From a virus (taxonomy: Duplodnaviria; Caudoviricetes), in the IMG/VR virus record IMGVR_UViG_3300037782_000008, positions 1 through 36,328 of that record: a stretch of DNA of 36,328 nt. One strand, written 5' to 3'. The notes under the pieces are model-generated. The model had not been told where the DNA came from. It did not search any database and was given only the letters and a program-made list of their open reading frames with translations. Numbering within the stretch: the first letter of the stretch is position 1; every line of letters begins with the position of its first letter. The position numbers were made by a program, and so were the translations under genes. Shown here piece by piece: positions 30,685 through 36,328 of the stretch.

Positions 30685-33369
30685 TTACACGCCGTCGTTG
30701 TTGACCGCGAAGGACACAGCGTGGCGAACCGCAACATCAACAGTTTGCAGGGCGACGATACGAACCGTGCCGCTGGTGCTGTTGGTGTAGGGGTCAACCG
30801 TGATGTCCAGGCCGCCATACATGCCGATCAGCAGGTCGCTGAAGTTACCGAAGTAAAGATCACCAGCGGTAACTTGGTTCGACACGATGGAGCGGTAGCC
30901 GTTGATGGTGCCGCCAGGCTCAACGACGAACTGACCGGAACCGGAGTCCTTAACAGTCGTCTTCAGAGCGCCATACATGGAAGCAGGCAGGATGTAGCTC
31001 AGGTTGCCCATGAGGGCGTTGTCCTCAGCCACGGCGGTTTCCATCGCCACCACTTCGGCGAAGGTCGGGTTGGCGGCAGCAAACGCAGTCGGAGCATTGA
31101 TGCCCGACGTGTTCTTGATGCCGGTCGGCGCACCGCTGGTGCCGTCGCCCTGAAGCGCACCGTTGTCAATCGCCAGAGCCAGAGCGGTCGAAAGGTCGTT
31201 GCGGACCAGTGCCTCAATGTCGAGGCTCGACTGCATCATCATCAGGCGAGTGATGTCGGTGAACGCGCCAAGGGTCTTGGGCGACATGGTGACTTGGCCG
31301 AAGGTCGGCTCCGACTCAGAGGCGTCACCGCCCTCAGTCGAAATCCAGCCCGCCTGCGAAGCAGTGGACTTCTTCGGAATCTTCACGTCACCAACCAGGC
31401 CGGTCAGCATGGTTGCGCCAGCCTGCATCACCGACGAAGCGTTGCGCAGAACGTCGATGAAGTCACCTGCGCGATAGTCCTCAGCAACCATTGCCGAGTC
31501 ATCGGAGGTGTTCAGGTCACGCTGGCCCCACGAGCGCAGAACGTCCGTCGGGATGTAAAGGCCTTGCGGGTCAACACCAGCTTGGCGAGCGGCTTCGGCA
31601 GAAGCCTCAAACTCACCGCGAGCAGCATCAGCCGCCTTGCGGTCGCTGGGGTTTGCCATCGCGCGGATCGCACGCATCAGCGAGAAGTTCTGGACTTCCT
31701 TGCGCTCCATGCCGATGTCGCTCTCGTCCAGCGGCTTGTTGCCGATAGCTTCCAGCAGATCGCCACGGAAAGCGGCGAGGTCTTTGCCTTCGGCAATGGC
31801 CTTGTCCGCAAGGTCGCGCTGATTGTGCTTGGCCGCGAGACGATACATCTCGGCGGTGTCTTTGGCAGCGGCGCGGGCAGCTTCGGCCTTCACCGCGTCC
31901 ACATCAACGGTATTTTCATCCGTCATGGTAGTCTCCTTTTCGGGAGTTGAGGGTTTACGGGTTTGAAGGTCGTCATCTGCGTTGCGCCCCACGCCCACTG
32001 TCCGGTCGGCGGGAATGCTCACGACAGAAACTTCCATTGGCATCCAGCCCTTCACGCGGTAGGATTCCTTGCCTTCGCGCTCAAGCTGAGCTTTGGTCAG
32101 GTCATACCCGACCGAGATGTTGCCGCGAATGCCGTCAACAACATCTTCAAACACGTCTTTGGCAAGCCCGTTCCTTCCGAAACGAACCGTCGCCCGCAAC
32201 CTACGGGCCGAGCCGTCCAACGCGATTGATTCAACCACACCGATTTGCTGTCGTGGATCGTGGTCCAGCAGCAAAGGTGCGCGGCCACTGTTCAGGAAGT
32301 CCAGATCAATGCTGCCTTCCGAGTGGTCCAGAATTTCCATGCCGAAGCTGCGCTCAACAGGTTCTTCGCTTGAAACAGCGATGCGAACCCGGCGGCTGTC
32401 TTCGTCAATCGCCTCGTCACCAATGCTGGTGGCGCGATATTCAATCTTGGGGGTGGCAGAACGCTTGCCGACCTTGCGAAGCTCACTGAAGCGATGGCCG
32501 ACCATGACGCCCGATGCTTCCCAGCCTTCTTCGCCTTCGCGGTAGACTTCAATCAGCGCGGCTGGATCATCAGCCTCGCCGTTGATCGTGAAGTCGCTGT
32601 CGGGAACATCAATCTGCCCGTCGCGTTCAATCCGCTCAATCTGGCCGTATGCTTCGCCGCCGCTTGAGTCCCATTCGACCCAATCGCCCACCGAAAGCTC
32701 GTCTGGCTCTGCCCGCGTTTCTTCAGCCATATCATCCTCGCTGGTTTGCGGCATTATGCCATCACTGTTGCTTTCTTGCAACTGCGACCGCTCGCCCGTT
32801 GCTTCCTCGAACTCCAAGGGGCTGAAGTTATTGTCATCCAGCCAAGCACGGGCAGCAGCAGGCGTGAAAAGTTCACGGTCAAACCGGATGGATTGAAGCT
32901 CACTGCTTCCGTCCTTCAGGCCGTAGATGTAATCAACCCCGTCCTGCGGCACATCATTCTCGCGGCGGAAGTCGTCGTATTGATCTGGGTCTTGAATGCG
33001 GGCAGCGTGTTCGTTTGGATATGGGCGCTGCTCCCATGAACGCTCTTCATCAGCCCTCAACTTCTCTACTATTTTGCGGGACCAAGAAAATCCCGCATCG
33101 CCGCCCCAAAGTGCGTGCGCAATTCTTCCCGCAGATGGATAGCCGTCCTCGCCGGGGCTGAACCCTTCAGCTTCCTTGTTGTCCTCATGGCGGCTGAAAA
33201 AACTGAACATGCGCTTGACGGTTTCTTCCGAAAGGTTCCGTCCGTTCACGATGTCACGCGCACGAGCGACCCCAACCTCGGTGCCGCCACGGTCGTATTC
33301 CTCGCGCCAGTCAAGGCCACGTCGTGCCTCCTCTTTCATGCCCTCTGTCGGCTTATACGACTCCGCCAT
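30685..33369 (-). CDS. Multidomain prohead protease-major capsid protein fusion (HK97 fold), 894 aa
   Basis: GGAGG RBS before ATG 33369. Three N-terminal accessory modules, then protease (AVSSEEPV, LLLDHD, ISVGY, EVSVVSIPAD) and capsid (FIDVLRN, TMSPKTLGAFTDITR, GNFSDLLIGMYGGLD). Confidence 0.93.
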   Translation of the reverse strand: MAESYKPTEGMKEEARRGLDWREEYDRGGTEVGVARARDIVNGRNLSEETVKRMFSFFSRHEDNKEAEGFSPGEDGYPSAGRIAHALWGGDAGFSWSRKIVEKLRADEERSWEQRPYPNEHAARIQDPDQYDDFRRENDVPQDGVDYIYGLKDGSSELQSIRFDRELFTPAAARAWLDDNNFSPLEFEEATGERSQLQESNSDGIMPQTSEDDMAEETRAEPDELSVGDWVEWDSSGGEAYGQIERIERDGQIDVPDSDFTINGEADDPAALIEVYREGEEGWEASGVMVGHRFSELRKVGKRSATPKIEYRATSIGDEAIDEDSRRVRIAVSSEEPVERSFGMEILDHSEGSIDLDFLNSGRAPLLLDHDPRQQIGVVESIALDGSARRLRATVRFGRNGLAKDVFEDVVDGIRGNISVGYDLTKAQLEREGKESYRVKGWMPMEVSVVSIPADRTVGVGRNADDDLQTRKPSTPEKETTMTDENTVDVDAVKAEAARAAAKDTAEMYRLAAKHNQRDLADKAIAEGKDLAAFRGDLLEAIGNKPLDESDIGMERKEVQNFSLMRAIRAMANPSDRKAADAARGEFEASAEAARQAGVDPQGLYIPTDVLRSWGQRDLNTSDDSAMVAEDYRAGDFIDVLRNASSVMQAGATMLTGLVGDVKIPKKSTASQAGWISTEGGDASESEPTFGQVTMSPKTLGAFTDITRLMMMQSSLDIEALVRNDLSTALALAIDNGALQGDGTSGAPTGIKNTSGINAPTAFAAANPTFAEVVAMETAVAEDNALMGNLSYILPASMYGALKTTVKDSGSGQFVVEPGGTINGYRSIVSNQVTAGDLYFGNFSDLLIGMYGGLDITVDPYTNSTSGTVRIVALQTVDVAVRHAVSFAVNNDGV
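32753..32781 (-). promoter_or_regulatory. Intragenic sigma70 promoter in the capsid-fusion ORF
   Basis: TTGCAA-17-CATAAT, followed by GAGGA and in-frame ATG 32730. Confidence 0.55.
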
Positions 33370-34837
33370 CTTCGCCTCCGTCAATGTCTGCCGGGACCGG
33401 CTGCTTTTCGCCAAACGGCTCATACGCCATCGCCAGTCCGTAACGATCAGCCGTTTCCTTGTCCCGCTGGATTTGGCTAAACGTCTCTTCAGCATCGCGG
33501 CCATAGTTGGCAGCAATGTCGGTGTGGCTCAGAATGCCGTTCTGCAATCCGGTCACAGCCGCATTCATTTCCTTCTGCGGATCAACCCACTGGAAGCCAC
33601 GGGCGCGGAACGAATAGTCCTCAGTGAACTTCTCAAACTTGCCGGGGCCGTTGATCGGAATCAACGCCATATCCATTACATGATCAAGCCAGACCCGATA
33701 TAGCGGGTCCATTACATGCTCAATCATGAAAGCGTGAAGCGAGCGGTAAAAGTCCCGCTCTTCAAGCGCACCCTGCCGGATCGAAGAATAGCTAGTGTTT
33801 TCTAGGTCGTTCGCCAGTGAGGTGTAGCTAACGCCCAGACCGCCAGCGATGCCGCGCAGAATGGACTTCTCAAAGTCCGCAAACGCGCTTGTCGGATGGT
33901 TTGGCTCAAACGCTTGAAACTCGACACCAGCAGGCAACTGGTGAAACGTGCCAGCCTCCGCGTCATAGATCGGCGTATAATCATCCTCGTAATCATCCGC
34001 CGTGTAGCCATCACCGCTAGGCGACGTGAAGAAACCCATCTTGGAGGCCGCAGTCCGAGCCGCCACAAGCTCAGCTTCGCGGTAGCCATGCAGCATCTTC
34101 AGCGCCAAGATCGCGGCAGTCGGCCACGGAACACCGCGTGTCTGCCCAGCCCGAGACGGCTTGAAGACGTGGATCACCTCGTCAGCAGGCATACGAATGC
34201 GCTTCTGCCCCTTGGCAAGCGTCGTATAGTCGTAATCGCCAGGGTGCGAGGTCAGGACGTGATACGCGACCGGCCTGCGGTATTCATCAAGTTCCACACC
34301 CATGCGGACCTGATTGCCATTGCGATACCGCTCGTTCATTTCGTCATCAATGCGGTCAGGCTCGATGATCTGCAAAGCAATCTGGTGCCGGAAGGTCGGC
34401 CCACGAACAATGCGCAAGAAGACCTCGCCATCACGGGCCATGCCTGTGATGATGTGATTCTGCAAGTCCAGCATACTCATTTGACCGTCAACCGTTGGCC
34501 CGCCCAAGCGGCTGAACTCCGCCCATGCGCTCTCAATGATACGGTTGCCGCCACGGTCAATGGTGCCGTCAGGGTTACGGGCCTTGACTTGCAGCTTCAT
34601 CCCCCGCTCACCCACGACATTCGTGCGTAGAAGATGAAGATACCGCTGGAAGTATTCGTTGTTGCGCTCTAGGTCGCGTGAGCGGTTGCGCAGGTCAGGC
34701 AGCGCCCACCGGATTTCACTGTCCGCGCTCCTGTCACCGGGACGGAAGTCAGCGAAAAGCCGCCCCTTTCCGGCGGCGGCATACATGCGCTTGCGCTGCG
34801 GCTTCGGGGTCCGCTTGAATAGGTCCAAAATGCCCAT
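33353..34837 (-). CDS. Portal protein, lambda family
   Basis: LRNRSRDLERNN, RAGQTRGVPW, SYSSIRQG, WVDPQKE. Confidence 0.95.
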   Translation of the reverse strand: MGILDLFKRTPKPQRKRMYAAAGKGRLFADFRPGDRSADSEIRWALPDLRNRSRDLERNNEYFQRYLHLLRTNVVGERGMKLQVKARNPDGTIDRGGNRIIESAWAEFSRLGGPTVDGQMSMLDLQNHIITGMARDGEVFLRIVRGPTFRHQIALQIIEPDRIDDEMNERYRNGNQVRMGVELDEYRRPVAYHVLTSHPGDYDYTTLAKGQKRIRMPADEVIHVFKPSRAGQTRGVPWPTAAILALKMLHGYREAELVAARTAASKMGFFTSPSGDGYTADDYEDDYTPIYDAEAGTFHQLPAGVEFQAFEPNHPTSAFADFEKSILRGIAGGLGVSYTSLANDLENTSYSSIRQGALEERDFYRSLHAFMIEHVMDPLYRVWLDHVMDMALIPINGPGKFEKFTEDYSFRARGFQWVDPQKEMNAAVTGLQNGILSHTDIAANYGRDAEETFSQIQRDKETADRYGLAMAYEPFGEKQPVPADIDGGEDGGVV

Positions 34838-35428
34838 TTAGCTAAACCTCACTTTGACCGTTGAGCCGCTCGGCTTGCCGCGTTTGATACGCTCCTTGAC
34901 CTTTTCCTGCTGAAGCTCACGACGATACACGTCACGCGCCGAAATCAGCTCCTCAAAGGTCATTTTCGTCAAAGAGCGACCAGCGATACTATAGTTGCTA
35001 ACATCCGAGTCCGCCTTGCCTTCAAGGATGGATTGGATTTTCGTGACCATGATCTCCGCATGAGTTCGCGGGTCGGCCTGATTGATGTCCAAGTCAACAA
35101 TGGCATCAAACGCGCCACGATCCACCACGAGGCGGTCGCCCGTTGCCGTCTTCGTGATCTCAAGCTGCCAGTGATAATACCCCGGCTCAAACTCAGCAGT
35201 CGTGGTGCTATCAGCCGTGAAAAGATACGTTCCACCACTTTCTGTCGCGGCCAGCTTGATTTCGTTTGACCCGCCACCCGTAATTCTGGCAACGTATTCA
35301 GCAGAGAAATCAGCAGGCGGATAATCAGCGACAAGATCGCTCCGCTTCCATTGAAGGAAATCGCCCACGACAATCTCAAGAGGCTCGCCTTCAGGAGCGT
35401 TGTCTGGGTCAAATAGATTCGCCATCAC
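34838..35428 (-). CDS. Head completion protein, gpW-like C-terminus with N-terminal extension
   Basis: Between terL and portal; SNYSIAGRSLTK...EEL...YRREL. Confidence 0.7.
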   Translation of the reverse strand: MMANLFDPDNAPEGEPLEIVVGDFLQWKRSDLVADYPPADFSAEYVARITGGGSNEIKLAATESGGTYLFTADSTTTAEFEPGYYHWQLEITKTATGDRLVVDRGAFDAIVDLDINQADPRTHAEIMVTKIQSILEGKADSDVSNYSIAGRSLTKMTFEELISARDVYRRELQQEKVKERIKRGKPSGSTVKVRFS

Positions 35429-36328
35429 TTGTATCCGTGGACGAAGCTGTTGCGCTTAGGCATCACTCGCCGCTTTTTGGGTGGACCAGTCCGTTCTGCG
35501 GATTGTAACTTATTTTGGGCCTGTTTGTAAACAGCCTCAAGGTTTACGTTCAGCAAAGCAAGCGCCGCTGTCGCATAAACGCGGCAGTCAAGCGCCTCGT
35601 TCCGCGTCCGCACCTTAACCCATTCCTTTTTCGGCCTGCCTCGAAAATACTTGGTGATCCGCTTTTCAGCCGTCAACATCCTGAAGTATTCCTCGTCCCG
35701 ATCTAGCGGGAAGTGGCAATAGCCCTCGCCAGGCTCAATCATCTTCAGACGCGCATAGACAAGCTCTTTCGCCGTGTCCGTGCCGACCGGGAACAAGTTG
35801 ATCTTGCCAATATTGTTCTTGCTCGGCCTGCCAATGATCGGCTTGGCATCGCCGCCGATACCCTTAATGGCAAAGACCCGCTTGCCAGCCCGTGTCTTAG
35901 CGTAATTGTAGACCTGCTGCGTGTAGTGACCACCAGAGTCAATGCAGGCCGATCTTAGCGTCATCTGTCCCTGCGTCGGATGCTCATACGAGCGGAAAAG
36001 CTCCTCATCCAGTCGCATCCAGAGATCAGCCGTGGACGGATCGCCGTAGATCGCGCGATAGTCAATAGACCAGCTTTCTTCGCCGCGCCCCCATGCGACC
36101 ACCTCGTATTCCAAACGGTCATCCTGCACGTCAATTCCTGCCGTGAGGACCAGCGCCTCCTCGGGCAGCTCGCCGCCCCAGTCTTCTCGACGGTCCAGAA
36201 GGTCATGCTCGTCCACTTGCTCGCCCTGCTCTTTTCAGCTTTCGCCAAGAAAGGTGTTCACCCAGGTCTTCAGCCGCATCGGATCGCGTTTGGCGGCAAG
36301 AAAGTCCCTCACAGTGTCTTCAAGCGGC
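35425..36328 (-). CDS. terL: Terminase large subunit, C-terminal nuclease part
   Basis: LTAGIDVQDDRLE, CIDSGG, RNEALDCRVYA. The redundant end copy carries TGA at 36237-36235 where copy 1 has TGG. Confidence 0.93.
36107..36328. repeat. Terminal direct repeat, copy 2
   Basis: 220 of 222 bases identical to 1-222. Confidence 0.95.

Noticed and set aside
30643-31950. 435-aa plus-strand ORF
   Set aside because: Antisense shadow of the codon-biased capsid gene, with no RBS or recognisable motif.
33370-33516. Longer 943-aa start for the capsid fusion given in the ORF track
   Set aside because: It overlaps the portal gene extensively and has no SD, whereas ATG 33369 has GGAGG.
35425-36328. terL pseudogene or TGA recoding
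   Set aside because: The other copy has TGG and gives an intact frame, and TGA serves as a normal stop in many genes here.

Overview
This window is an apparently complete, circularly assembled genome of a long-tailed (siphovirus-type) dsDNA bacteriophage. The unit length is 36,106 bp, because bases 1-222 are repeated at 36107-36328, and the break falls inside the terminase large subunit gene. Most genes are on the minus strand. These comprise lambda-type packaging genes (Nu1-like TerS, GpA-like TerL, gpW-like, lambda-family portal), a multidomain protease-HK97 capsid fusion, head-tail and tail genes with a G/GT frameshift, tape measure, Dit, gpL/gpK/gpJ-like tail tip genes, a Cor-position lipoprotein, an S74-chaperone tail fibre and a lysis cassette. 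A plus-strand operon encodes an AAA_24/Sak4-like ATPase, SSB, YqaJ exonuclease, RadD-like helicase, VRR-NUC and small accessory genes. I found no integrase, DNA polymerase, recognisable primase domain, tRNA or CRISPR array. Promoter style and the small genes suggest an alphaproteobacterial, possibly aquatic or saline, host (inference). The most unusual items are: (i) six copies of a 21-bp direct repeat that bracket a displaced gpZ-like gene, supply stop codons and an RBS, and border a self-contained early cassette next to the putative cos end; (ii) a capsid ORF with an internal promoter and nested in-frame starts; (iii) a replication protein that seems to lack its primase domain, next to an iteron/IHF origin. 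All product calls come from motif recognition and synteny, not from database searches.
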